Source of the DNA: Candidatus Eiseniibacteriota bacterium
GTDB taxonomy: Bacteria; Eisenbacteria; RBG-16-71-46; JABDJR01
Length of the DNA: 64,000 nucleotides
Direction of reading: 5' to 3'
NCBI GenBank assembly: GCA_963762255.1
Contig: CAVXKA010000002.1
Coordinates: 256,001 to 320,000 of the forward strand
The translations under genes were made by a program, and so were the position numbers. Numbering within the stretch: position 1 is the stretch's first letter; each line of letters opens with the position of its first letter. Positions 21,081 through 31,093 of the stretch are shown piece after piece. The notes under the pieces were generated by a model. It searched no databases, was not told the origin of the DNA, and saw only the letters and a program-made list of their open reading frames with translations.

Positions 21081-22132
21081 CCCTGTCCCTCCTCGGTGAT
21101 CTCGATCCAGTGCTTGAGACGCTCGAGCGCGCGCTTCTCGATCTGGCGAATGCGCTCGCGGCTCACCCCCAGCCGTCCGCCGACATCGGCCAATGAACGG
21201 GATTCGCCGTCCTCGAATCCGTAGCGGATGCGCAGCACCAGCTCCTCGCGCGGGGAGAGCCGGACGAGCAACCGGTTCAGCCGTTCGCGCTCGAGGAGCT
21301 GATCCACCATCTGCTCGAGACCGGGAACGGGATCGACCAGCTCAGTCTCGGCGAGCGCCCCCATCGCGTCCCAGGAACTCTCGTAGTCCAGATTCTTGAT
21401 GCTGTTGATGAGGTGGCGCACCTTGCGCAGCCGCTTGAGCGGCTCGCCCAGCTCCTTCGCCAACTCCTCCAGCGTGGGCGGCTCGCCCATGCGCTGACGC
21501 AGCCGGGCTTCGACGGCAAGGCAGCGGTTCACGAGCTGCATGACGTGGAACGGAATACGCACGGTGCGCACCTGGTTGGCGATGCCCCTCGCCATGGCCT
21601 GCTTGATCCACCAGGAGCCGTACGTCGAGAAGCGAAAGCCGCGCTTGTAATCGAACCGGTCGACGGCGGCGATGAGCCCCAGGTTTCCCTCCTCGATGAG
21701 ATCGAGGAACGGGAGGCCGCGCCCGACGTAGCTCTGCGCGATCCGTATCACGAGACGCAGGTTCGACACGATGAGATGCCGGCGCGCCTCTTCACGATTG
21801 TGGGGCGTGGTCCCTTCGACCATCTCGCGGCCGAAGCGCTGCTCTTCCTCGGCGGTCAGGAGCGGGTAGCGGCTCACGTCGCGCAGGTACACCTGAAGGG
21901 AGTCGAGATGCCCCGGCTCTTCCTGCGCCGGCGCCGGCGCCTCCTCCGGTTCCGCCTCCACCTCCAGGCCGAGTTCGTGCGTCATGTCGAGAAACAGGTC
22001 GAAAGCGGTCTCGTCGAAGTCCGTCGCCTCCAGGAGCCCGTCCAGATCTGCTTGGGCGAGCCGGCCGCGGCGCTTGCCGGATTCGAGGATCCGGTTCATC
22101 CGTGCGCCGAAGCTCTCCTGCTCCCCGCTCAT
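21071..22132 (-). CDS. Sigma-70 family RNA polymerase sigma factor (RpoD/RpoS-like)
   Basis: [47 protein letters not shown]. Confidence 0.9.
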   Translation of the reverse strand: MSGEQESFGARMNRILESGKRRGRLAQADLDGLLEATDFDETAFDLFLDMTHELGLEVEAEPEEAPAPAQEEPGHLDSLQVYLRDVSRYPLLTAEEEQRFGREMVEGTTPHNREEARRHLIVSNLRLVIRIAQSYVGRGLPFLDLIEEGNLGLIAAVDRFDYKRGFRFSTYGSWWIKQAMARGIANQVRTVRIPFHVMQLVNRCLAVEARLRQRMGEPPTLEELAKELGEPLKRLRKVRHLINSIKNLDYESSWDAMGALAETELVDPVPGLEQMVDQLLERERLNRLLVRLSPREELVLRIRYGFEDGESRSLADVGGRLGVSRERIRQIEKRALERLKHWIEITEEGQGWT

Positions 22133-22144
22133 TCCTCGATCTCC

Positions 22145-22426
22145 TCAGCCGGCGATCGAAAACGAGGGAGGATGGTCGGGCTCGGGCACGAGCCACGCCA
22201 CATCGACTCGGTCGACGCGCGCGGTGCCCGGACCGTGATGCAGCCAGACGAGGAGCTCATGGAGGCCCTCGGGGGGGCCGTCGGCGAGAACCTCCACGGT
22301 GCCGTCGGGGAGGTTTCGTACCCAGCCGCAAAGGCCCAGGCGCACCGCCTCATCCTGCGTGGAAGCGCGGAAGAAGACGCCGTGGACACGACCGTGAACG
22401 ATGGCGTGGAGAGTCTTTCGGTCCAT
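22145..22426 (-). CDS. acyP: Acylphosphatase
   Basis: [27 protein letters not shown]. Confidence 0.9.
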   Translation of the reverse strand: MDRKTLHAIVHGRVHGVFFRASTQDEAVRLGLCGWVRNLPDGTVEVLADGPPEGLHELLVWLHHGPGTARVDRVDVAWLVPEPDHPPSFSIAG

Positions 22427-22494
22427 GGGGAACTGGGGCCGCCGAGGGCGGGCCAGGAATCAGACGTTCCGACACCGCCTCCGTGGGTCAAGAA

Positions 22495-22571
<77 letters not shown>

Positions 22572-22678
22572 ACCTAATTTCAGACGGCCCGACGCAACCG
22601 CGCCGGGCACAAGGGCGCTTCACTATAGGGATCGCCGACCCATCGCGCAAGCACCTTCGTGCGGCAGGCCGCGCCACA

Positions 22679-23344
22679 TCACGACGTCTCCTCGGCGAAC
22701 CCCCCGCGCCCGATGAGCGGCACGAAGACGCAGCGGCAGAGCGCCTCTTCGTGGAGCGACTCCTCCGCGTCGCGCGTGTAGCGCATGAGGGTCTGCTCCG
22801 CGCGATCCCCCACCGGGGCCACGAGCCTCCCCTCCGGCGCGAGCTGTTCGAACAGGGCCGGCGCAATCGAGGGCGCGGCGGCGGTCACGAGAATGCGGTC
22901 GTAGGGAGCGGTCTCCTTGAAACCCAGGCTGCCGTCCGCGACCTTGACCACGATTCCGGTGAGCCCCAGCTCGACGAAGAGCTGCTGGGCCCGGCGCGCA
23001 AGCTCCGGGACGCGCTCCAGGGTGATCACCCGCGCTCCCAATCGAGCCAGCACCGCGGCCTGATAGCCGGAGCCGGTGCCGATCTCCAGCACCTTCTCGC
23101 CGCCGGCCAGCCCGAGCGCCTCGGTCATGAGCGCCACCATGTGCGGCGCGGAGATGGTCTGACCGCAGCCGATGGGGAGCGCGAGGCTCGAGTACGCCTC
23201 ACCTTCCAGCGCCTGGGGAAGGAAGAGATGGCGCGGCACCGCGCGCATGGCCTCCAGCACCCGAGGGTCTTTCACACCGCGGGCCAGGATCTCGCTCTCC
23301 ACCATGCGATCCCGCGCCTGCGGAAAGTCGCGGCGATCGGTCAC
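22679..23344 (-). CDS. pcm: Protein-L-isoaspartate O-methyltransferase
   Basis: GTG overlapping surE stop; [34 protein letters not shown]. Confidence 0.93.
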   Translation of the reverse strand: MTDRRDFPQARDRMVESEILARGVKDPRVLEAMRAVPRHLFLPQALEGEAYSSLALPIGCGQTISAPHMVALMTEALGLAGGEKVLEIGTGSGYQAAVLARLGARVITLERVPELARRAQQLFVELGLTGIVVKVADGSLGFKETAPYDRILVTAAAPSIAPALFEQLAPEGRLVAPVGDRAEQTLMRYTRDAEESLHEEALCRCVFVPLIGRGGFAEETS

Positions 23345-24093
23345 GGGATGCGGATGTCCAGACCGCGTAGGAAGTCGAAACCGGCGGCGGCGGTGATGTC
23401 CAGAAGAAGCGGCGTGAGGGAGACGTAGCCTTCCTCCACCGCGGCGAAGTCGGTGTCCGCTCCGGGCTCCCAACTCGGCTTGGCCCCGCCGATCCAGTAG
23501 TAGGCGCGACCGCGCGGATCGGTCTTCTTGACGATGGCGTCGTTGTAGACGCGCGTGCCGAGGCGCGTGACGCGCACGCCGCGGATTTCCTCGAGCGGAA
23601 GCGGCGGGATGTTCATGTTGACCAGAAAGCGGGCCGGAGGCCCCGCCGCCAGCATCGCCTCTGCGGTGGCGCGCGCGATGGCGGCCGCGGGAGCGAAGTC
23701 GAAGACCTCCCAGGAGGCGAGGCTCACCGCGATCGAAGGAACACCCAGAATCGCCCCCTCCATGGCCGCAGCCACGGTGCCGGAGTAGATCACGTCCTCG
23801 CCCATGTTCGGACCCTGGTTGACGCCGCTCACGACCAGATCGGGGCGGTGCGGAAGGAACTCGCGCACCGCGAGGAGCACGCAGTCGGTCGGTGTCCCCT
23901 CCACCGCATAGGTGCGCGGTCCCATCTCCTTCACCCGCAGCGGACGGTAGAGGGTGAGCGAGTGCGAGGTGGCACTCTGTTCGGTGAGGGGGGCCATGAT
24001 CGAGACTTCACCGAGAGCGCTCAAGCTCTCGGCCAGAGCCCGGATGCCCGGCGCGTGGATCCCGTCGTCGTTGCTGATGAGAATGCGCTTCAT
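23341..24093 (-). CDS. surE: 5'/3'-nucleotidase SurE
   Basis: [33 protein letters not shown]. Confidence 0.95.
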   Translation of the reverse strand: MKRILISNDDGIHAPGIRALAESLSALGEVSIMAPLTEQSATSHSLTLYRPLRVKEMGPRTYAVEGTPTDCVLLAVREFLPHRPDLVVSGVNQGPNMGEDVIYSGTVAAAMEGAILGVPSIAVSLASWEVFDFAPAAAIARATAEAMLAAGPPARFLVNMNIPPLPLEEIRGVRVTRLGTRVYNDAIVKKTDPRGRAYYWIGGAKPSWEPGADTDFAAVEEGYVSLTPLLLDITAAAGFDFLRGLDIRIP

Positions 24094-24782
24094 CGCTCTC
24101 CGTTGCGCGCCTCGGCGATCCAGCGCAGGCCGCGCCACACCAGGCGTATGAACCGTCCGGTGTCGCGCAGCGGCCGGATCTTGCTCACCTCGTTGCCGTA
24201 AATCGTCGGCACCGGGATCTCGGCGATACGAAATCCCCGCCGCGCCGCCTTGATCAGAATCTCGGACTCGGCGTCGAAACGCTGCGACTCGAGGCGCACC
24301 GCGCGCAGCACGTCGCTCGAGATCCAGCGAAAGCCGGACTGGCTGTCGGTCAGGCGCGTCCCCGCGAGGCGGCTCACCACCACCGACGTGAACCGGTTCA
24401 CCCCCACGCGAAGCCACGGCATGGACCCCGGTTCGCTCATGCGCGAGCCCACGACGATGTCGGCGCCCTCGGCCGCGTCCAGGAACCGTGGGATCCAGGC
24501 CGGGTCGTGCTGGCCGTCCGCGTCGAGGGTGATCACCCCCTCCGCGCCCTCGGCGAGCGCGGCGGCGAACCCGGTAGCCAGGGCCGCTCCCTTGCCGCGG
24601 TTGGCGGGATGATCGATCACCCGCGCTCCCGAGGCCCCTGCGCGCTCCGGGGCGCCGTCCGTGGATCCGTCGTTGACGACAAACACCCGGTCGTCACCCA
24701 GGATCTCGGCGACCCGCCGGGCCACCCCGACGAGCGGCTCCCCAGCGTTGAAGGCGGGGATGACCGCCCAAGTCCGCTTCAG
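24090..24782 (-). CDS. Glycosyltransferase family 2 (DPM1-like), probable CTG start
   Basis: [34 protein letters not shown]; RBS GGAGGAGG precedes CTG at 24782. Confidence 0.85.
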   Translation of the reverse strand: MKRTWAVIPAFNAGEPLVGVARRVAEILGDDRVFVVNDGSTDGAPERAGASGARVIDHPANRGKGAALATGFAAALAEGAEGVITLDADGQHDPAWIPRFLDAAEGADIVVGSRMSEPGSMPWLRVGVNRFTSVVVSRLAGTRLTDSQSGFRWISSDVLRAVRLESQRFDAESEILIKAARRGFRIAEIPVPTIYGNEVSKIRPLRDTGRFIRLVWRGLRWIAEARNGER

Positions 24783-24850
24783 GGTGCCCTCCTCCTCCGG
24801 CCAGCGCCCGGAAACCGGGTGCGGCGAGGATGGCGGTGCGAGCTACGAAA

Positions 24851-24927
24851 TGGTCGGGGCGACTGGATTTGAACCAGCGACCACTTGCACCCCAAGCAAG
24901 TGCGCTACCAGGCTGCGCCACGCCCCG
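24851..24927 (-). tRNA. tRNA-Pro(GGG)
   Basis: Anticodon arm CTTGC-TTGGGGT-GCAAG; CCA end; usual position downstream of the MerR gene. Confidence 0.95.
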
Positions 24928-24978
24928 ACCGTAAGCCGTGTTTGGGGTCGGAAGACTATACACGAGCGCTTGAAACGC

Positions 24979-25359
24979 CTACAAGCCCCCGCGCCCTCCG
25001 GGTGGACGCTTCAAGTCCTCGACGAGCGCGCGCAACTCGCGGCGCACTTCCAGAAGCGCGGCGGCGCGGTCCACCGAATCGAAGGTCAGCTCGAGCTGGC
25101 TCTGGATCGCCTCCCGTTCCTCGGTCAGCTTCTTCTTCGCCCCCGCGATGGTCAGTCCTTCGTCGTAGAGCATCTCCTTGATCACCAGCACCAGCTTCAA
25201 GTCGCGCTTCTGATACATGCGGTTCCCCGCCTTGTTCTTGCGCGGCCGCAGCATCTTGAACTGCGTTTCCCAGTAGCGGAGCACATGCGGCTTCACCTTG
25301 GTGAGCGAAGCCGCCTCGCTGATCGAGTAGTACTTCTTGCCGTCGGTCTTGGCCTTCAT
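24979..25359 (-). CDS. MerR-family transcriptional regulator
   Basis: YYSISE...PHVLRYWETQF..L.P.K...NR.Y...LYDEGLTI.GAK. Confidence 0.9.
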   Translation of the reverse strand: MKAKTDGKKYYSISEAASLTKVKPHVLRYWETQFKMLRPRKNKAGNRMYQKRDLKLVLVIKEMLYDEGLTIAGAKKKLTEEREAIQSQLELTFDSVDRAAALLEVRRELRALVEDLKRPPGGRGGL

Positions 25360-26375
25360 GCTCCCCCCTCGTCCGCGCGCGCGGCCGGGGCCTCGGACTT
25401 GGGCTCCCGCATCATCAGCGCGCGGATCGCTTCTCGCGGATCCTCCCCCTCGAAGAGCACCGCATGCACGCGATCTACGATGGGCGCCTCCACGCCTGTC
25501 CGCCGCGCCAGCGTCTTCGCCGCGCGGGTGGTGGGCACCCCTTCCGCCACCATGGTCATGGCGGCAAGCACGTCGTCGAGGCGCTCTCCGCGCCCCACGG
25601 CTTCTCCCACATGCCGGTTCCGGCTGTGGCGACTCACGCTCGTGGTGACCATGTCGCCGACGCCGGCCAACCCGAAAAACGTTTCGGGGCGCGCACCGAG
25701 CGCGACTCCCATGCGGGTCATCTCGGCGAGGCCCCGCGTCACCAAGGCCCCCAGCGTGTTGTCGCCGAACCCCAGGCCCGCCGAGATGCCGGCGGCGATG
25801 GCGATCACGTTCTTGAGCGCCACCGCGAGCTCCACGCCGAGCGCGTCGTCGTTGGTGTAGACGCGCAGGCGCTCGCTGGCAAAGAGCGCCTGGGTGAACT
25901 CCGCCGCGGCGCGGTCGCGGGAGGCGGCCACTACCGCGGTGGGATAGCCCAGCGCCACTTCCTCCGCGTGGCTCGGCCCCACGAGCGACACCGTCGCGCG
26001 TTCCGGCCCCAATTCCTCCGCCAGCACTTGCAGCGGGAGCTTCTCGGTGCCCACTTCCAATCCCTTGGCCACGTTCACCACCGGACCCGGTGGAAGGAGC
26101 GCAGCGATCTCGCGCGCGACGATGCGCACGGCGAAGCTTGGTACCGCCATCACGGTCACGTCGGCACCCGCCACCGCGGATGCGGGGGTCTCGACCACGC
26201 GCACGCGGTCGGGGATCGCGAGACCGGGCAAGAGGCGGCGGTTCTCACGATCGCGCGCGATCGCGACGCGGTCCTCGGCTTCGAGCGTCCATGCCGCGAC
26301 ATGGTGGCCGCCCCGGCCCAGATGCGCCGCGAGCGCGGTGCCCCAGGATCCCAGCCCGAGGAGTCCGACGTTCAC
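25356..26375 (-). CDS. gpsA: NAD(P)H-dependent glycerol-3-phosphate dehydrogenase
   Basis: GLGSWGTALA, GPSHAEEV, LKNVIAIAAG, GLAGVGD, SRN, VAEG. Confidence 0.94.
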   Translation of the reverse strand: MNVGLLGLGSWGTALAAHLGRGGHHVAAWTLEAEDRVAIARDRENRRLLPGLAIPDRVRVVETPASAVAGADVTVMAVPSFAVRIVAREIAALLPPGPVVNVAKGLEVGTEKLPLQVLAEELGPERATVSLVGPSHAEEVALGYPTAVVAASRDRAAAEFTQALFASERLRVYTNDDALGVELAVALKNVIAIAAGISAGLGFGDNTLGALVTRGLAEMTRMGVALGARPETFFGLAGVGDMVTTSVSRHSRNRHVGEAVGRGERLDDVLAAMTMVAEGVPTTRAAKTLARRTGVEAPIVDRVHAVLFEGEDPREAIRALMMREPKSEAPAARADEGGA

Positions 26376-27148
26376 CGCTTGCCTCCGAGTGGAGGTGCGG
26401 TGTCCGGTGTGGGCGCAGTCTCCTGTGAAGGCGCAGCGCCGGTCTGCGGATTCTCTTTGCGCTTGTCCCAGATCGGCTGCTCGCGTCCCTCGGCCACCCG
26501 CTTCCAGTTCACGCGATGCCGAACCAGCACGAGCGCGGTGGTGAGGAGCGCGAGCCCGAGCACCCATGGATAGCGCGGCCCGAGCTGGTCGCGGGTCATC
26601 ACCACGAACACCGGCAGGAAGATCGCTGCGATGCCCGACGACACCGACACCCAGCCGGTGAAGGCCATGGAGGCCGCCCACACGAGAAACGCACAGAGCG
26701 CGGTCAAGGGGGCGAGGCCGATGAAGATGCCGAGGCCCGTCGCCACGCCCTTGCCGCCGCGGAAACCCGCGAAGGGGGTGAACATGTGCCCGGCCACCGC
26801 GAGAAGCCCGGCGGCGGCGGGGAGCGCGCCCGCGGCGATTCCCGTTGCGACGGCCGTCGCTCCTACGGCGGTCGCTCCCGCGCCCGTCGCTCCCACGGCG
26901 ATCTCTCCCGCGACCGGAGCGGAAACGAGGGCTCGCGCGAAGAGCACCGCCGCCGTCCCCTTGGCGATGTCCAGAAGCAGCACGCCCACGCCCCACTTCC
27001 ATCCCAGCACGCGATAGACGTTCGTCGCGCCGAGGTTTCCGCTTCCGTGCTGCCGAAGATCCAGGCCGTGGGCCTTCCCCACCCACAGGCTCCATGGAAT
27101 CGAGCCCAACGAGAAACCGACGACGAGGGCGGCGACGGCGACGATCAT
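26372..27148 (-). CDS. plsY: Glycerol-3-phosphate acyltransferase
   Basis: GSIP, GSGNLGATN, DIAKG, GH.F...FRGGKGVAT, RH..N. Confidence 0.93.
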   Translation of the reverse strand: MIVAVAALVVGFSLGSIPWSLWVGKAHGLDLRQHGSGNLGATNVYRVLGWKWGVGVLLLDIAKGTAAVLFARALVSAPVAGEIAVGATGAGATAVGATAVATGIAAGALPAAAGLLAVAGHMFTPFAGFRGGKGVATGLGIFIGLAPLTALCAFLVWAASMAFTGWVSVSSGIAAIFLPVFVVMTRDQLGPRYPWVLGLALLTTALVLVRHRVNWKRVAEGREQPIWDKRKENPQTGAAPSQETAPTPDTAPPLGGKR

Positions 27149-28473
27149 CGCCGCCTCGCGCGGAAGTCGAGCCGGAGCGGGGTGGCGGTCATCTCCAATC
27201 GCTCGCGGAAGTGATTGCGCAGGTAACTGCGGTACGACTCGGGAATCTCGTCGGGGTTGTTGGCGAAGATCGCGAAGATGGGAGGGCCGGTCGTCACCTG
27301 AGTGGCGTAGTAGAGCTTGAGCGGCTTTCCCCTCCGGGTCACCGGCGGCTGCCGGCGGTCCGTCGCTTCCTTGAGCAGCTCGTTCAGCACGCTGGTCGCC
27401 ACCTGCTTGTTTCGCTCCTCGTAGAGCGTGCGCACCATCGCGGGGATCTGGCTCACCCGCTGCCCGGTGAGCGCGGAGACGAAGAGCACGGGCGTGCCGG
27501 GAAGCATGGGGAACGCCTCCTGGATCGTGCGCGTGTAGGCGGCGGCGGTGCCGGTGAGCTTGGTCACGAGATCCCACTTGTTGGCGAGCAGGACGGCGGA
27601 CTTCCCCGCTTCGAGGATCATCAGCGCGATGTGGGAATCCTGGGTGGTGATGGGCTCGCTCATGTCGAGAACGAGGAGGGCCACGTCGCATCGCTTGAGG
27701 CTTCGCTGCGTGCGCACGGTCGAGTAGTACTCCACGCCGTCGCTCACCTTGCTCCGCCGCCGGAGTCCGGCGGTGTCCACAAGCACGAACTCGGTGCCGT
27801 CGTAGCGGAAGGGCACGTCGATGGCGTCGCGCGTGGTCCCCGCAACGGGGTGAACGATCATGCGCTCTTCACCGAGAAGGCGGTTGGCGATACTCGATTT
27901 GCCGACGTTGGGCCGCCCGAGAAGCGCGACGTGGATGGGAGGCGTCTCGTCCTCCCTGAGCATGCGCTTGGGGAGGCGCTCGATAATGGCGTCGAGCAGT
28001 TCCCCGATCCCCCGCCCGTGCTGGCCGGAGATCTGCATGGCCTCGCCCAGTCCGAGTTCAGTCGCTTCCCCGGCAAGCTCCTCCTGCCGCGGGCTCTCCA
28101 CCTTGTTGGCCACCAACAGTACCTTCGCGGAGCGCGGGCGGAGCTCCTCGGCGATGTCGCGATCGAGCGACGTAAGACCCTCGCGGACGTCCACGAGGAA
28201 GAGGATCACGTCGGCTTCTTCGAGCGCGAGGTGGGCCTGGGTGAGGATCGCCGCTTCCATCGAATCCTCGGTGCCGGGGACGAGTCCGCCGGTGTCGACG
28301 ATCCGGAACGGCACGCCGTTCCACGCGCAATCCGCCTCACGGCGATCGCGGGTCACGCCGGGGAGATCGTCCACCACCGCCTCGGCGCGGCCGATCGCGC
28401 GGTTGAAGAACGTCGACTTGCCGACGTTGGGGCGGCCGACCACGGCCACCATCGGGAGACGCTGGCGCTTCAT
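27145..28473 (-). CDS. der: Ribosome biogenesis GTPase Der
   Basis: Two GRPNVGKS G-domains, DTGG/DTAG, C-terminal KH-like domain. Confidence 0.96.
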   Translation of the reverse strand: MKRQRLPMVAVVGRPNVGKSTFFNRAIGRAEAVVDDLPGVTRDRREADCAWNGVPFRIVDTGGLVPGTEDSMEAAILTQAHLALEEADVILFLVDVREGLTSLDRDIAEELRPRSAKVLLVANKVESPRQEELAGEATELGLGEAMQISGQHGRGIGELLDAIIERLPKRMLREDETPPIHVALLGRPNVGKSSIANRLLGEERMIVHPVAGTTRDAIDVPFRYDGTEFVLVDTAGLRRRSKVSDGVEYYSTVRTQRSLKRCDVALLVLDMSEPITTQDSHIALMILEAGKSAVLLANKWDLVTKLTGTAAAYTRTIQEAFPMLPGTPVLFVSALTGQRVSQIPAMVRTLYEERNKQVATSVLNELLKEATDRRQPPVTRRGKPLKLYYATQVTTGPPIFAIFANNPDEIPESYRSYLRNHFRERLEMTATPLRLDFRARRR

Positions 28474-29813
28474 GGTGTCCCCACGGCGAGCGCGTGCGGC
28501 TCGGAGAACTCGTCATCCTCGGTCCGCTCGGGTTCGCCGAGAATCGGGCTCCAGCTCGCGACCACCTCGGCGCGAAGCTCGCGCGCGAGGTCGGCGGGAG
28601 CGAGGTCGTCGATGAACACGCCGTCCTCGTTGACCGACTCGTCGGGCACGAGGACGAGATCGCCCGGCGCGACGCGGGCGCGCGCCGCATCGAGGAGATC
28701 GCGCCCGCCGAGAAGCCCGGCAACCGTCGTCGGGCGGCCGAAGAGGCGGTTCTCCACCGTGACCATCTCCAGCGCGATCTCGGGGAGGCGCGAGCGGAGC
28801 GCGGGGAGCAACTCGGAGAGCACCGGCGCGAAGCTCTCCCCGGTGAGGATCCATGCGCGTCGCACGCCGCGAGCATGAAGCTCCGCTCCGCGCGGGACGG
28901 CGCCGGCGAAGAGATCCATCACACCGCGCACCAGCCCCACGCCGTTCTCGCGCTGTGGATAGCCCTCGTAGTAGGGCGCGGCCGGGATCGGTTTCCCCGC
29001 GTGGATGAGAAGCTCGTCCGAGACGAAACAGAACGTGGTGCCGACGCGGCGGTGCATGGCGCGACCGTAGCGACGCACGTCCGCGCAGAGGGTGCGCGCT
29101 TCCGCGCGGGTGAAGGTGCGCATCGCGGGGAGATCCTTGCGATGCGCGGTGAGACCGACCGGCACCACAGCCACGCTCGCCACCCCGGGGTGATAATCGG
29201 CGAGGCCATAGATCGTCTCGCGCAGCACTTCGCCGTCGTTGATGCCCGGCACCGCCACGATCTGCGTGTGCAGCGTGATGCCCCCCGCGACGAGCTGCTC
29301 GATGCGGGCACGAATCTCCCCCGCCCGCTCGCTGACCAGGAGGCGGTTGCGGACCTCGGGGTCGAGCGCGTGCACCGACACGTAGAGCGGCGTGAGTTCC
29401 TGCTCGATGATGCGGGTGAACTCGTCTTCGCGCAGGTTGGTCAGCGTGACGAAGTGGCCGTAGAGGTAGGAGTACCGGTAATCGTCATCGCGGTAGTACA
29501 GGCCCTGGCGGAGCCCCTCGGGGAGCTGATCCACGAAGCAGAATGGGCAGTCGTTGGCGCAATGGCGGATTCCGGGGTCGCGGAACTTGAGACCCAGCGG
29601 CCGGCCGTATTCGCGGACGATGCGGATCGACCGCTCCCTGCGCGGAACGGCTCCCGGCTCGGCCACATCGAGGTCGAGGATCTCGTCGCCCAGCCACAGG
29701 TGCAGATCGAGAAAGTCGCGGACCTTCTGGCCGTTGATCGCGACGACGCGCAGGCCGGGGGTCAGACCCGCTTCCGCGGCCAGGGAATCGGGCAGGACGC
29801 TGACGATCTCCAC
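28470..29813 (-). CDS. DUF512/PDZ putative radical-SAM FeS protein
   Basis: CANDCPFCFVDQLP, DDDYRYS, PLYVSVHA, VPVGLT, ENGVG; GTG start inferred. Confidence 0.88.
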   Translation of the reverse strand: MEIVSVLPDSLAAEAGLTPGLRVVAINGQKVRDFLDLHLWLGDEILDLDVAEPGAVPRRERSIRIVREYGRPLGLKFRDPGIRHCANDCPFCFVDQLPEGLRQGLYYRDDDYRYSYLYGHFVTLTNLREDEFTRIIEQELTPLYVSVHALDPEVRNRLLVSERAGEIRARIEQLVAGGITLHTQIVAVPGINDGEVLRETIYGLADYHPGVASVAVVPVGLTAHRKDLPAMRTFTRAEARTLCADVRRYGRAMHRRVGTTFCFVSDELLIHAGKPIPAAPYYEGYPQRENGVGLVRGVMDLFAGAVPRGAELHARGVRRAWILTGESFAPVLSELLPALRSRLPEIALEMVTVENRLFGRPTTVAGLLGGRDLLDAARARVAPGDLVLVPDESVNEDGVFIDDLAPADLARELRAEVVASWSPILGEPERTEDDEFSEPHALAVGTP

Positions 29814-29886
29814 GATTGAACTCCGGCGCGAGGCGGGGCAGGACCCCCTTCGCACGTCACGTGATCCGAACCAAATAAGTTCAAGC

Positions 29887-29915
29887 AGTTAAAAAGATTA
29901 CACGCTGCTTGTCAA
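29887..29915 (-). promoter_or_regulatory. Putative sigma-70 promoter for the DUF512-der operon
   Basis: TTGACA-17 bp-TTAACT in an AT-rich patch, overlapped by a CAAGCAG-N16-CTGCTTG dyad. Confidence 0.5.
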
Positions 29916-29942
29916 CGGGTTTCTTGGGTCCGCGACACAGGA

Positions 29943-30018
29943 TGGAGCGGGCGACGGGAGTCGAACCCGCGACATTCAGCTTGGGAAGCTGACACTCTAC
30001 CAACTGAGTTACGCCCGC
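29943..30018 (-). tRNA. tRNA-Gly(CCC)
   Basis: GCGGGCGTAACTCAGTTGGTAGAGTG-TCAGC-TTCCCAA-GCTGA...CGCCCGCTCCA. Confidence 0.95.
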
Positions 30019-30092
30019 TCCGAAATGGCAGGCGGAGATTGAACCCGAATCGGGGTCGGGGTGTCAAGGCGGGTACGGATGCCGGCCGGCAC

Positions 30093-31013
30093 CTATCGAA
30101 GCGGGAGCTCCCTGCTCACCCGGGTGATCACGCTCGCTTCAGGTTCATCGGCGGCCACGCGTACCCACGTCGCTCCCTCGATGCCACGAAACCACGTCCG
30201 CTGCCGCTTCGCGTAGCGGCGCGTGTTCACCGCGATCGCCTCGATCCACGTCGCGCGGTCGAGATCGCCGTTCAGGAACCGGATCGTCTCCGCATAGCCG
30301 ACGCTGCGCAGCGCCGAGGTGCGCGGATCCAACCCGCGGGCAAGGAGCGCGCGCACCTCGTCCACGAGCCCCGCATCGATCATGGACGCGACCCGCGCCC
30401 GGATGCGCGCCTCGAGATCCTCGCGCTCGCGATCCAGCACGACGATCCGTGCGGGGGTCTCCGTTCGACGCCCCTTGGTCCGCAGCGCGCTCACCGGACG
30501 CCCCGTCAACGCGATCGTCTCGAGCGCCCGCGTCACCCGCTGCGCATCACGAGGCGAGGTCTTCGCGCCGGTCTCGGGGTCCAGTTGCGCGAGCTCCGCG
30601 TGAAGCGCCTCGATCCCCTCCGCCCGCGCGCGCGCGCGGAGTGCGTCCCGAACCGCCGCGTCGCGCGGCAGTCCTTCGTCGAGCCCGCCGAGGGTCGCGC
30701 GCAGGTAGAGACCGGAGCCCCCGACGAGGAGCGATTCACGTCCCTTCGTGCGAATCGCCTCGATCGCCGTCCGCGCGCGACGCCCGAACTCCCCCGCGCT
30801 CACCGCGTCCTCGGGTTCCACCTCCGCCACGAGATGATGCGGCACCCGAGCGCGTTCCTCGCGCGTGGGCGCCGCGCTCCCGATCTCCATGCCGCGGTAG
30901 ATCTGGCGCGAGTCGATGCAGACGATCTCGGCGTTCAGAGCTTCCGCCAGCGCGAGGCTCAGCGAGGTCTTCCCCACCGCGGTGGGGCCGAGGAGGACGG
31001 GAATCGGATTCAT
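30093..31013 (-). CDS. miaA: tRNA dimethylallyltransferase
   Basis: GPTAVGKT, DSRQIYRG, VGGSGLY, TRRYAKRQRTW. Confidence 0.95.
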   Translation of the reverse strand: MNPIPVLLGPTAVGKTSLSLALAEALNAEIVCIDSRQIYRGMEIGSAAPTREERARVPHHLVAEVEPEDAVSAGEFGRRARTAIEAIRTKGRESLLVGGSGLYLRATLGGLDEGLPRDAAVRDALRARARAEGIEALHAELAQLDPETGAKTSPRDAQRVTRALETIALTGRPVSALRTKGRRTETPARIVVLDREREDLEARIRARVASMIDAGLVDEVRALLARGLDPRTSALRSVGYAETIRFLNGDLDRATWIEAIAVNTRRYAKRQRTWFRGIEGATWVRVAADEPEASVITRVSRELPLR

Positions 31014-31093
31014 GTCGCGGCTAACGTACTGAAGCCGCCGATTCGGCGCAACCGCTGATGCACCGACCGACCGGGTCGCGCCGATCTCGACCG

